A stretch of DNA of 64,000 nt. Source: Camelus ferus (Eukaryota). The DNA is taken from positions 117,244,001-117,308,000 of the forward strand of contig NC_045696.1 in NCBI RefSeq assembly GCF_009834535.1. Direction: 5' to 3'. The translations under genes were made by a program, and so were the position numbers. The notes beneath the pieces were generated by a model. It saw nothing but the letters and a program-made list of their open reading frames with translations. It did not search any database and was not told the origin of the DNA. Each line of letters begins with the position of its first letter. The stretch's first letter is position 1. Shown here piece by piece: positions 37,618 through 48,899 of this stretch.

Positions 37618-38317
37618 TGTGTTCTGGAGTCCTTCAGAGTCTGCTCTGGTGGGAGACAACTCCAGTGGGTCAAACTGTGCACTTCCAACCTTGCTTCAGG
37701 AACAGTTAACACCACTAGGGCCTGTTTTACATACACACCTCCTTTGTAGAGGTTGTTTGATGAAAGGGGTTCTGCTGAAATTTTATTTTTATTTTTTCCA
37801 ACCATTGGTTGAGTTCGACCCTCTTGTTGTACAAAAGGGAAAGTGACCTGCCCTTTGATGCTCCGTGGATAAACAGTACCCTTTCCACGCCAGCCTGGGG
37901 CCTTTCTGGGGTCACCATCACGAGAACAGAGGTCCCTCGGGACCGCTGTCAGGCACAGCATCCACCGCTCTGCAGTCAGCCAAGGGCATTGTGCTGAGAC
38001 GCTATCAATTATCCCAAGTCGTCAATGAGAGTTTGCTGTTGTAAAGGGACTCAATTGAAGATAATCCATAAAAAATCAATTACATTATTATTTCTTAATT
38101 AGGGCACTTGACAATATAGCTTTCCTCAGCAAAGCCATCAGTGAATAAGCACATAAATACACATAAATAATGCTGCTTCCATCCCAATGAGCTCCTCTCT
38201 AAGTTCACAGTGACCTTTACCACCAAACACTCTCCCAGAAAAGAGCGTTTGCCCGTTTAAGAAAACTCCCAAGCTGTTTTCCTTTTTTGGATGGAAAAAT
38301 TAGTCCATCACAAGCCA

Positions 38318-38331
38318 TAATAATAATGATA

Positions 38332-38378
<47 letters not shown>

Positions 38379-38386
38379 AATAATAA
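38318..38386. repeat. (GAT)n/(AAT)n trinucleotide microsatellite
   Basis: Directly visible. Confidence 0.97.
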
Positions 38387-39258
38387 ATTTAAAATTATTA
38401 AAATATCATTTAGTATTTGTGTAAGTGCTGTCGCAGTCTGCTTCCTCTCTTTGAGGCAGTGGTGAGCTCAGCTTTACACCTTGAAATATGCCAAGTATAC
38501 CTTCAGATATAACCAATAAGGAGGTGCCTCACCATATGAGACTATTTTCAATGACCCTTCTCCATTCATCCCCAATCTCATCCCATCTCATTGATCCTCT
38601 TCCCAACGTCTGAGTCATGACTTCGTATCTCATGTGTAACCTTGAGAAAGTCCTCTGGACTTAGTGTCGTATTGGTTTTACATGCTCAATCTACTACCAT
38701 TTGTAGAATGTCTGATATGCAACAGACGCTATAGAAAAGTTTCCTGATTTATAGCGATTATGCTTCAAAGAACAAGTGATTATAATGCAGTGCAGACACT
38801 AAAGCCCTGCAGGCTTTTGGGAGCGATGAGCAGAGTGCCTTAGCCATCCTTAGGAGAGAGGAGGAGTCTTTCTAAATGGAGTACCAGCTACATTGAGACT
38901 GGAATAATGAATAGACCAAGAAGGAGTGAGACACCATGTTCAAAGACCCAGGAATAAGAAAGACTATAGAGTAATTCCAGATCTAACAGTGGATCAAAAT
39001 GACTGGAGCTCAAAATAGGACTAGAGAATTTGGTTAGAGGGCCCTGTTGGAGTAGGGAAAGGAAGAGAGTGGTGGGAAAGAGGTGTTCCCAGCAAAAAGT
39101 CCAGCAGGAGAAGTCTCAGAGAAGAAAGAAAACAGGAACTGAAACCATTGACTACAACAGGAAGAACATGAGGGATGTGAGCAACGAGGATGGAACCAGG
39201 ACCAGAGCCACGAGGACCTTGCAAGATGTGTTAAAGGGTTTCAACTCTGGTCTAAAAG

Positions 39259-39988
39259 GATTAGTCAGGGTTCTCCAGAGAAATGGACCCAGTAGGATAT
39301 ACAGTTGACCTTCAAACAACACGAGTTTGAACTTTGTGGGTCCACTTATATGCCGATTGTTTTCAATAGTAAATACTACAGTACTTCATGATCTGTAATT
39401 GGCTGAATACCCGGATGTGGAACCGGATACAGAGGAGCCATGTATAAACAGGGCTAACTACAATTTATACACAGATTTTTTTAGTCAGTGTCCATCTACT
39501 GTATATATACATCTATGGATATATAGATATTAGATTTATTATAGAAATCAGTTCACATAGTTATGGAGGTCAAGAAGTCCCCACCATTTGCCATCTACAA
39601 CCTGGAGAGGCAGGGAAGTCAGTGGTATAATTCAGTCTGAGACTGAAGATCTGGGTTGGGGTGGGCAGCGGGGGCCTGATATAAGTCCCAAAATCCAAAG
39701 GCTTAAGAACGAGGAGCTCTGATGTCCAAGGGCAGGAGGAGATGGACACCCCAGCTCAAGGAGAGGGAGAGAGAATTCACCCTTCCTCTGACACCCTGTC
39801 TGTGTGGGCCCACAGTGGATTGGGTGATCCCGCCCACACTGGTGCAGGTAGATCTCTTTACTCAGTCTACTGATTCAGATGCTGACCTCTTCCAGAAGCA
39901 CCCTTATAGACACACCCGAAATAATTTTTCACCAGCTATGGAGCATGTCTCAGCCCAGTCAAGTTGACACATTAAACTAACCACCACA
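39259..39988 (-). mobile_element. MLT2B-type ERVL solo LTR (hosting a MER8)
   Basis: 'attagtcagggttctccagagaaa...cccagtcaagttgacacattaaactaaccaccaca'; TSD aaaag at 39254-39258 / 39989-39993. Confidence 0.9.
39302..39501. mobile_element. MER8 (Tigger-derived MITE)
   Basis: 'cagttgaccttcaaacaacacgagtttgaact...gggtccacttata...aatagtaaatactacagtac'; flanked by TA on both sides. Confidence 0.82.
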
Positions 39989-40090
39989 AAAAGGAAATCT
40001 CATTTTTGTTGGACCCTGGGATAACCCATTTTCAACGCAGCAAATAAAAAAATCCATTCCTATCTCATTTCATATCCATTAACACATTCT

Positions 40091-40205
40091 GGGGGGAGGT
40101 TATAGCTCAATGGTAGAGCGTGTGCTTAGCAAGCACAAGGTGCTGGGTTCAATCCCAGTACCTCTATTAAAAAGTTTAATTAAATTAAATTTAAATTAAA
40201 TAAAA
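40091..40205 (+). mobile_element. Vic-1-type camelid SINE (first of tandem pair)
   Basis: 'ggggaggttatagctcaatggtagagcgtgtgcttagcaagcacaaggtgctgggttcaatcccagtacctc' + A/T-rich tail. Confidence 0.9.
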
Positions 40206-40210
40206 TACTA

Positions 40211-40352
40211 GGGGTGGGGCTACAGCTCAGTGGTAGAGCACATGCTTAGCATGCACGAGGTCCTGGGTTCAATCCTCAGAACCTCCATTAAATAAATAAA
40301 TAAACCTGATTCCCTCCCCCCACAAAAAACAGCAATAACAACAACAAACCCA
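40211..40352 (+). mobile_element. Vic-1-type camelid SINE (second of tandem pair)
   Basis: 'ggggctacagctcagtggtagagcacatgcttagcatgcacgaggtcctgggttcaatcc' + (AAAT)n + 'ccctcccccc' + A-rich tail. Confidence 0.9.
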
Positions 40353-40359
40353 TAAAACA

Positions 40360-41315
40360 TCCCAATGGTTTGCCATCACACTTGAGATAAAGTCCAAACA
40401 TTTCTGTGGCCTAGAAGGCTCTACATGATCTCACCCCTACTTACTTCCATGACCTCATCTCGAAAATGTCTCCCCCTTTCTCATGCTGCCCTAGTCACAT
40501 GAGCCACTAGCGAGTTAAACCCCTTCCTGCCTCAGGGACTTTGCACTTGCTGTTGCCACTGCCTGACATGCTCTTCCCCTGAACTCAGCATGGCTGGAGG
40601 TAGTAACATCTCATAATAGAGCATACACATCTCATCTCAGAGACACTCGAGTCCTCCACCACTCTTCTCTCGGGTTGCCCTCCACTCAGCCTCCTGTTGT
40701 CCTCTTGCTTATCATTCTGTTTTACTTTCTTCAGGGCTGTATTGCTATATTGGGTAGAGAAGGCTGGCTGATAGACCCCCCACCTCCACCCACCTCTCCC
40801 AACATTGAATGGCTCAAAGACATTGGAAGTGTATTTCTTACGTAAAACAGTCCAAGGTGGGTATTCCTGATTAAAGGGTGAATCTTCTACCTGCAATGAT
40901 GCAGAGACCCAGGATGCTTCCATAGGGTGGCTCTGCCCTTCTCGAAGGCTTCCCTCCAGCTGCTGGGAGGGAAAGAGAGACAGCCTGGACACGGCACACA
41001 CTGTCTTCTCTTAGATGCCCTCTGGGGAGCGTGAGCCCTTGACCACACAGCCAATGACAAGGGCTGTCCAGCCACTTTACAGCTATAGGGGCAGCTCTCA
41101 GTGAGCAGTCATCTCTGTTCCAGCAGCACATTCATGATTTAAAAATTATCCTGCTTATTTATCCATTCACTTATGAGTTCTAGTAGTAGTATTTTATTCC
41201 TGCATCAGACATTAAGCTAAGCTCCATGACACCAGAAAAACTTTTCTGTTATGGTCTGTTATAGTCTCATTTCTTAAAATAGGGCCTGGAGGAGTAAGTG
41301 ATCAATAAACTGGTT
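40360..41315 (+). mobile_element. L2 LINE (split by an MLT1 LTR)
   Basis: 'caatggtttgccatcacacttgagataaagtccaaac', 'cctgcctcagggactttgcacttgctgtt', then 'aagctccatga...gggcctggaggagtaagtgatcaataaa'. Confidence 0.75.
40738..41125 (-). mobile_element. MLT1J-like LTR
   Basis: 'aatggctcaaagacattggaagtgtatttctt...cagtccaagg...gcagagacccaggatgcttccat...gtggctctgcc'. Confidence 0.65.
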
Positions 41316-41477
41316 TAAAAAATATTTTTAAGCAAGAGTGTTGCAGGATAATGTGGGTCTTCATCTTCAAGTCTCACACTTTTTCAACCATGGTGCTTTC
41401 CCAGCTTTCTTAAAAGGAAAAGCTAGAGACCTAGCTGACTTGTGAAAAACTACAGATGAAAGTTAGAACTGGTGGCT

Positions 41478-41546
41478 TTTTTAAAAATTGAAGTCATAGT
41501 CAGCTTACAATGTTGTGTCCATTTCAGACTTATATGTACATACATA
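41478..41546 (-). mobile_element. Ultra-short LINE-1 3'-terminal insertion
   Basis: 'aaattgaagtcatagtcagcttacaatgttgtgtccatttc' matches the reverse complement of the L1 end at about 2290-2330; degenerate TSD ttagaactggtggctt / ttagaatcagtggttt. Confidence 0.7.
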
Positions 41547-42544
41547 TTAGAATCAGTGGTTTCTGAATCTCCACCCAGCTCTGAGATTCTGTATGCCCCT
41601 AATTTCCTTTGTTATATGTAGAGGAGAAAGCTTGTTCCAGAGAAGATAGGGGAGCCTTGCATTAAATAGGACCATGACTCGTGATCGGTGGTTTGGCTTA
41701 GGGCTAGGGTACATTTTCAAAGCTGAAACTGGCCGTAATAGAGACCGTGATACCTTCAGGCACACACTCAGTTCTGCAAGGCTAGTTATTTTTGCATTCC
41801 CCCTGGGAAAGGCAAGCAAACAGAGTAGAAACATGCTTTGAACCAGTGAAGGTCTTTCTGTTCTTTAAGTGCAGCTAAGGTGCAATATCCTTAGTTGATA
41901 AAGTGATTGTGCTGACTTCCTTGAAATGGCAACAATTTCAGTCGAGTTCCTGGTATACAGGAAGAGCTCACTAAATATGTGTTGAATATATATAGAATAC
42001 ATATTATATGGGTATATATGTATTAGATTTAAAATATCAATAGCAATTGGAATATTTAAATGTGTAAAAATGAAAAAGCTGACTGCGGGATTCTTCAATA
42101 CGCTTTTGACTCACCAATTCTCCATCTCTTAAAATTGCCTGTGGTACCCAGGATTTTGCCTCCTTGGTGGCATCTATGGAACAGCAAGATCTCACCAAGA
42201 CCCCTTGCAAGGACCATCTTCTGCAATGTTTGAGGACAAGGGGTAGTTTGGCATGGCTGCTTCAGAGTCCCATTCCCTTGTGTCTCTGCCACTCTTGACT
42301 TCTAAGTCAAGATAAGTACATTCTCTGCTCCTCCCAGTTTCTAAGCACCAACAAGGTTCACAGTCCTCATCCATACAGCTTCTCTTCTCTCCCTGTCTTG
42401 CTGTCTGCCAAGAAATTGCCACTCTTTTATTCCCCCAAACATGCCACAGCTGCTGTGTGTGTATATTAAACTTTTACTGCAAAGGTAAGACCAGGTAGCA
42501 CTCAACAAGATCCAACCTAAAGATGAACCCTACACTCTTGAGAA

Positions 42545-43425
42545 TTCTGCTAGCCCAAATACAGGTGTGGCCACTTTTTCAGCTCACTTGCCTTCATCTC
42601 ACCAGGACCCGGGATCTTTTCTACCTACTTGTGGACCACCTTGTTGGTATCCCACTCCAACCCTCAGGCTTTGCCAACGCCATCTTCTGAGGGTTTCCTC
42701 TGGTACCAGTGCTGGCTCTGCCCTCACTGGACACAACCCAAAGGGCAGGAGAACCAAGCCCCTTAGAAGCAGCCATCAACAGATATGGAGAAATACCCCA
42801 GCTCCTTCGCCCCTCAAGTGGGATGCCCCAGTGGTGTGTCGGGGCCAACTCTCACCAGCTCGCAAGAGCTCCCGTGAAATTTTTAGGACTCTCACAAGCT
42901 AGTTGTATGATCATAGCCGAAAATTTAAGTGTATATATTTCAATTAAACAAATTATATGAAAAACAAAGGTAATAAATATGCAAGTGCATCACTTCCTAA
43001 TTATTTTGCTCGATTTTACTCGTATCTGTGTTCTTGTGGTGATTTACATGTACCCTTTGTGGATGGTGTACTACTGGGCCTCTTCCCCAAGTTCACGCTT
43101 GGTGATGTCACACTGGTAGCTTGAAACAGGCCACGGTGGGAGTATTTATCCCAAAGAAATTTTCAAACGCTATATCGGGGCTCTTTTTATTCTCAGAGAA
43201 CCAGCTTCTAAACATTTACCTGCACACCCCTGGTTACCTCTGAGGTGCATGCTCTCCACTGGCTCGCAGAGTTCCCCAGGGGCACTCTGCTCCAGTTACC
43301 CACAAACATTTGTACTTTCATGTCCCTCTCTTAATTGTTTGCTTTGCCTGCTGGTATTTCCTGACATCACCTCCAGAATAAATCTTTGTCTCAGAGCTGG
43401 CTTCTGGATGAATCCTGCTGGACAC
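42545..43425 (+). mobile_element. LTR16-family LTR split by MER63
   Basis: 'gcagccatcaacagatatggagaaataccccagctccttcgcccc' | 'ctctgaggtgcatgctctccactggctcgcagagttcccc...ctccagttaccca...tctttgtctcagagctggcttctgg'. Confidence 0.78.
42829..43232. mobile_element. MER63 (hAT-Blackjack) element
   Basis: TIRs 'cagtggtgtg' ... 'cacacccctg'; 'tggtagcttgaaacaggccacggtgggagtatttat'. Confidence 0.8.
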
Positions 43426-43519
43426 TTCTACGCAGATTCATGAAGACCTCAGCCTGGCTTCTGGATGATCTCTGTATGTCCAAAATAATCATAAGCCCCT
43501 GCTATACACACCTTTAGCA

Positions 43520-44380
43520 AAGAAGTGACAGAAGCCCTAAGATGACTTCCTCAAAGACGTACTTTTCCTGAGCACCCATGTAAAATAGCATCCCGCTGCC
43601 AGGAGCATCCCGCTGCCATCATCCTGGGTCTGGCTTTATTTTTCCGTATGGAACTTACCGCCCTCTGGTTTAATACTATATGCTTATTTGTTCTTTACCT
43701 TGTTAACAGTCTATTCCATTAGAATAGATGTTCCATAAGGACTAGTCCTTTATTTGCCTCTGATCGCTATGTTTTGATGTAGTCTAAGCCTTATCTTACG
43801 TTTGATGCAGTCTAAATATCAACCGACCCATCAAATGAAACTGAGTCAAGACATAGGGGATGTAAGGAAAAACAGGGTGTGTCCTCGCCCTGGAGAAGTT
43901 CAGAGGCTAGTAGGGGAGACACACAGCAGACAATGGCAAAGCCCTGTGCTCAGAGGTGTGGGCAGTGGTCTGGGCTACCTCTGTGAAGTCTGTCTCCTTG
44001 ATTTCTGGCATCCGTACCAGCCTTTCTCCACTGTCTGGACTCAGGCTTTCCTCAGCCACATTCCTTCTAAATGAGTGTTTCCTCCGGGTGTTTAAATCCT
44101 CCACAGAGCCTATCAGAATAAGCTGGCGATCATGTCTTCTCCTTCATAAAACCCTGTGAGCTATTTAGGATTGCCTCTAGAATAGATCCAAAGCCTCCAG
44201 CACACAGGGACACTTCCCCAAGGTTGTTCTCCCTGCCTTTACTTCTCCAGGTGCTCTTTTTACAGCTGAACTTCTTGCAATCCCCCAAATATGGAAGGCC
44301 TTTCTTCCTTTGCTCTAACTGTGTGGTCCAGCATCTCCCCCTCGCGTCCTCACCTACCAGGACTGCTAACTGGCACGTAG
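43520..44380. mobile_element. Cluster of L2 fragments in both orientations
   Basis: 'ccattagaatagatgttccataagg' (+); 'tcctcgccctggagaagttcagaggctagtaggggagaca' (-); 'gatcatgtcttctccttcataaaaccctg' (+). Confidence 0.55.
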
Positions 44381-44381
44381 C

Positions 44382-44838
44382 TGATGGATGACTGTTCTCC
44401 ACAATCTTTCTCCTTACTGTGTGTCTCACGAGGGAGGTACTGACTCTCTTTTTTTCCAGACTGTCCTTTCAGGGATATTTATGTAGCTCACAGACTTATT
44501 CTAAGAGAGACTATCTCCCTCTGGAGCAAAGGGCAGATTTACTTACTGCTCAGTACAAAAGACCTAGGTTCCCTAAACTCAAGCTCTCTCTCCTGTAACA
44601 AGCTGCCCATGTGTTTAGACGTCATCAGATCCTCTTCATGTCTCCTTGTAGGAACTGGGGCTTGAGGAGGCAGAGGAAGATGTGCTGATAGGCTGGTTAC
44701 TTCAACTGCTGGGAATAATAAGCTATTATTGGTCTCTGACCCAGGTGTTTCATGTTTTCCACCAACATCCACGCAACTGCGGCAGAGTGGCATTTGCTTG
44801 ACAGAAGGGTACAATTGTAGACTACACAGTCCTTGACA
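44382..44838 (+). mobile_element. LTR40-type ERVL solo LTR
   Basis: 'tctccctctggagcaaagggcagatttacttactg', 'ggttccctaaactc', 'gtctctgacccagg', ends 'cacagtccttgaca'; degenerate TSD gtagc/atggc. Confidence 0.82.
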
Positions 44839-44959
44839 ATGGCAGTGACTTAAAGCTTAAGACTTAGCTGAAGAACCCGATTGTCAAAGAAAAACTGAGA
44901 GGAAGATGCCTTTAGAAAAGGAAAGAAAATACTACTTATTTGCAAAGAGTGCAAGGGTG

Positions 44960-45430
44960 TCTATGACAGCCTCCAAACATGGCCCCACCTAGTCCTCTCC
45001 CAGCTTTACTGACATTCTGCTCCTCACATTAACAGCTTGAGCTTAATTCCCACCCCCTTGAAGCTGGGCTGGCCTTAGTGGGGCAGCAATTTTAGGACTT
45101 CAGAAAGTGAATTACTAGAAAGCTGTCAGCTTCTGATACACACTTCAGTACTTGGACCTCTTAGAATACTTGCTTTGGGGACAACCCCTACTGTCATTCA
45201 TCTGCCTTGATGTGAAAAACCTAAGTGACATGGAAAGGTCATTATAGGAGAATTGGTGAACAGCCCCAAAGAGCTCTCAGCTCATAGCCAGCATCAAATA
45301 GCCCCCACCTGAGTGAGCCACTGTGGACACCGAGCCCAGGAAGGCCTCCGGTGGCTCCCCAGCCACCACTTGAAAACAGCTGCATGAGAGACCTCAGATG
45401 AGAACTCCCAGCTAACACTAGTAATCATTT
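44960..45430 (+). mobile_element. MLT1 (F/G-like) LTR, partial
   Basis: 'cagcctccaaacatggcccc', 'ccccttgaagctgggctggccttagtg', 'cagctgcatgagagacctcagatgagaact'. Confidence 0.7.
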
Positions 45431-46171
45431 TGCTGCATAGAGTGGTCTCTGCTTTCTTCTTTGATCTCCCTTATTCCTGGTCCCCCTTTCAGATTGTATG
45501 ACATAGTTAAAACATATTCAAGATTAGTTCCATAATGAGCTTGCCCTCACTGACTATTTCATTTCAAGAACAACCGAGCCCCAGAGAACTGTGATTGATC
45601 ATCTGTTTAAAGGATGTTTTCCAATTTGCCACGTCTACGTTTTAGTATATTTCCTTATTACATACGAAAGACTCCACCAGTCACTTTTTCTAAAAAGGAC
45701 ACAAGGACAAAAGGTTTTTTAAAAATAATTTTATAGACTCAGTGTTGACTTGTTATTGCCTTAAAGATGAAGCATTGTCAACAGGAAACGTCAGCGGTAC
45801 CAAGAAATGTTTACATGGCAGAAATGACTCTCAGAATTCTTACAACTGCAGAGAACATTTTATTTTGACTGACAAAACAGTCTAGTACTTTCCAAATGTT
45901 TTTACTTCTTACCCTGAGCATTGCCAATGCCAATCTCTTCACCAGTTTATAATCATTTGCCCTCAAAATCAGGTTTAGATACATTTGTGTTACCACTTTA
46001 CAAAGTTTTGTTTTTCTTCAGAGGTTTTGCCTACAAAATGCCCCCTCTCAGTATACATTACAGATGGAGCTTATTTAAAATTTAAACCTTTCGCTTATCT
46101 TGCCAAGCCATTCACTCTATCACCTTATGTAAATTTTCAGACTAACCTTGTCAAAACTGCCACTTCTTACA

Positions 46172-46395
46172 AGCTGTAACACTGATGAATGTTTACCGTT
46201 CAGCCTCTGAAGGAAAACACCACCAGTAACAACAAACCTTGATCTGGAATGTTTGCCAATTTCCCAGGTGTAAATACTCCCACAGTGGCCGAATGTGAGC
46301 TACCAACATGATATTAGCGAATGCAAGGACAGGAAGAGATGAGAACAATTGGCTCAGGAGGTGAGCTTGTGTGAGCTGACACCAGCACACAACTG
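46172..46395. mobile_element. MER63A MITE
   Basis: 'tttgccaatttcccaggtgtaaatactcccacagtggccga...gctaccaacatga...accagcacacaactg'. Confidence 0.78.
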
Positions 46396-46644
46396 CTTCC
46401 AACACACACACACACTCACACATCTCGATGCCGTAATCATAGCAGGCGAATCCATAAATTCATAAGTACAACAACACGTTCAAGTAGCTCTGCCCTTGGT
46501 GATGCTGTGAATACTGCCAAAAATACCCACCCACATGTGTATCTGGCAAACTCCTACTTAACCTCTAAGGTCCAGGAAAAATATTAAAGCTTCATAATAT
46601 TGATACTTCCCTCTAGAGGAAGAATTAATTATTCCTTTTCCCTT

Positions 46645-47122
46645 TTTTAAACCACTTCATTGAAACAACTTTGACACATAGCATTGTATCTAGGTAAGGT
46701 ATATCTATTTAAGGTGTACAACATTGTATATATTTAAGGGTTTGCTGTGTGTATATACTGTGGAAAGGTCATCACAATCAAGCTGAATAACTTTTCCACC
46801 ACCTCCACATAGTTACCATTGTGTGTCTGTGTGTGTATGTATATGTAGCAAGAATATTTAATTTAACATCTATCTTCTTAGCAAATGTCAAATCTGCAAT
46901 ACAACATTAGCTTTCATCTCCATGCTGTACATTAGATCTCCAGAACTCATTCATCTTGCGTAACCGAAACTTTACCCTTTGACAGTATCTCCTCACTTCC
47001 TCCTCCCACACCCTGCACCTAGCAATCACCATTTGACTCTCTGCTTTTATGAATTTGACTATTTCAGATTTCACATACAAGTGAGATCCTGCAGTATTTG
47101 CCTTTCTGTGTCTGGCTTAATT
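46645..47122 (-). mobile_element. LINE-1 3' UTR (L1MA9/L1MB-like)
   Basis: 'catgctgtacattagatctccagaactcattcatcttg', 'ttcagatttcacatacaagtgagatcctgcagtatttgcctttctgtgtctggctta'. Confidence 0.85.
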
Positions 47123-47899
47123 ACTCCTTTTCCTGTGTTCATTTTAGTAATATTTGAGACAATCACACTGCCTATGTGTGTAGGCATTTGTGTATACCTA
47201 GTGTAGTTCCTGGCACATATTAAGTAATCAATACAATACATTTATATTGGGTTAGCCAGAAAAAAAAAAAGGTTCCAAGCAAACAAAGACTCAGAGTTTG
47301 AGAAAACAGAAGAAAATATATTTTTCAAACAGTGAAATCAGGGAGGATAGTTTAAAACCTATTAAAAACTGTATCACTCACAACCCTTTTTAAAGATAAA
47401 ATATGCAAGTAAGGGCATCAATAGTGTAGTATTTTTATTTAAAGAATACAACATTTAAATATTTTAAATGTATTCTTTTACTTAATTCTTGCTACATTTC
47501 AGAAAGCCTAAAAAACTAAAACTCACAGAGGTAAAGCAACCCACTGCCTAAATCAGCAACCTAATTATTTTCGAAGTCAAGATTCTAAATTTTTCTAATC
47601 TGCCTTTTCTACTGAAATATGCAGTCGGTCTACTTATTCCCCAAAGCACGATAAGCTTCCTACAGTGTGGTACGCTCAACAGTCACAATAAATATTATTG
47701 ACTGTTTCCAGCCCAAGCCTGGTGAAAAGTAATCCAGCAATTCACATTTAATTCCTTTTAGTCTTTCAAGTTTTTGATAAACTAATGTAGAAACATGACT
47801 TGGAGAACATGTTAAAATTATAAAGTGTATAATTTTCTAATTCACCGACCAATACAATGCTAATTTAGTCCTTCATCACTATGCATTGAATGCCCACTA

Positions 47900-48140
47900 C
47901 AAAATAACTAACATTTTTTGTCTTCTTAGTGTGTGCCGGGCAGTAGGCTGAACACTTTACATGGATTATCTCTTTCACTCTTACAGCCATTTGAGGCAGG
48001 TACTATGGTTATCTGCATTTTTAAGATAGAGCCTAGCGAGCTGAAATAACATGACCAAGGTCACACAGCTAATGTGTGACAGAGTCGCCTATGTCTCTCT
48101 CGAGTCAGATACCTGCACTTTTAACCATTATGAAATGCTG
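47900..48140 (-). mobile_element. MIR SINE
   Basis: 'actttacatggattatctc...gaggcaggtactat...ccaaggtcacacagcta...cttttaaccattatg'. Confidence 0.8.
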
Positions 48141-48278
48141 TTCTCTTTTTGTTGTAGAAAAAATACTATCGAAGATTCTTGGCATCAACAGCAACAAATA
48201 CTCTTTGATATTAGGGATTTAAGAGTCAGAGAACTAGACCCTGTCTTTAAAAGTGTTTAAGGTCCATCCTTGTGACGC

Positions 48279-48696
48279 TGGGATGAATCCAACTTGATTG
48301 TGGTGTTATGATCGTTTTTATGTGCTGTTGGATTCAGTTTGCTAATATTTTGCTGAGAATTTTTGCATCTATATTCATCAAAGATATTGACCTGTAATTT
48401 TCTTTTTTGGTAGTATCTTTGTCTGCTTTTAGTTAGGGTGATGGTGACTTCATAGAATGAATTTGGGAGTGTTCCCTCCTCTTCAGTCTTTTGGAAGGGT
48501 TTTAGAAGGATCAGTATAAGTTCTTCTAGGCATGTTCGGTAAAATTCCCCAGCGAAGCCATCCAGTTCTGGACTTTTGTTTGTAGGGAATTCTTAAATTA
48601 CAGATTCTATTTCACTTCTAGTAATCAATCTGTTCAAATTATCTATTTCTCCTTGATTCAGTTTTGGTGGACTGAATGCTTCTAGAAACTTGTCTG
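48279..48696 (-). mobile_element. Isolated internal LINE-1 ORF2 fragment (region leading into the RT domain)
   Basis: Minus strand reads [15 protein letters not shown] (cf. KSPGPDGFTGEFYQT) and QVGFIP; frameshifted. Confidence 0.88.
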
Positions 48697-48899
48697 CTCA
48701 GCAAGGCATTGGGTAAATACATTTAGATAAAGATACTTTTGTACTTTTAAACGTTTCAGAAATTCAAAAAGATGGGACTTACTGGCAACTAAAGAAGACA
48801 AGTAAGTGTCAAATTTTGAGGTGGGCACCAAAGGATGAGCAAGAGAAAAGAAGAGGAAGAAAGTGTTCTGAAGAAGTAAAAATATCACATCTGCAGACA

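Noticed and set aside
37455..37961. Longest ORF (168 aa, minus strand) as a coding gene
   Set aside because: It runs across an ERV1 LTR and a DNA-transposon remnant. Its shared peptide with ORF 33805 (KPADQEDG) merely reflects the homologous LTRs.
40211..40285. tRNA-Ala-like gene(s) at the SINE heads (also 28218, 29417, 40091, 63670)
   Set aside because: A/B boxes are present, but the copies are mutually diverged, lack a clean acceptor stem and carry A-rich retroposon tails/TSDs, so they are SINEs rather than tRNA genes
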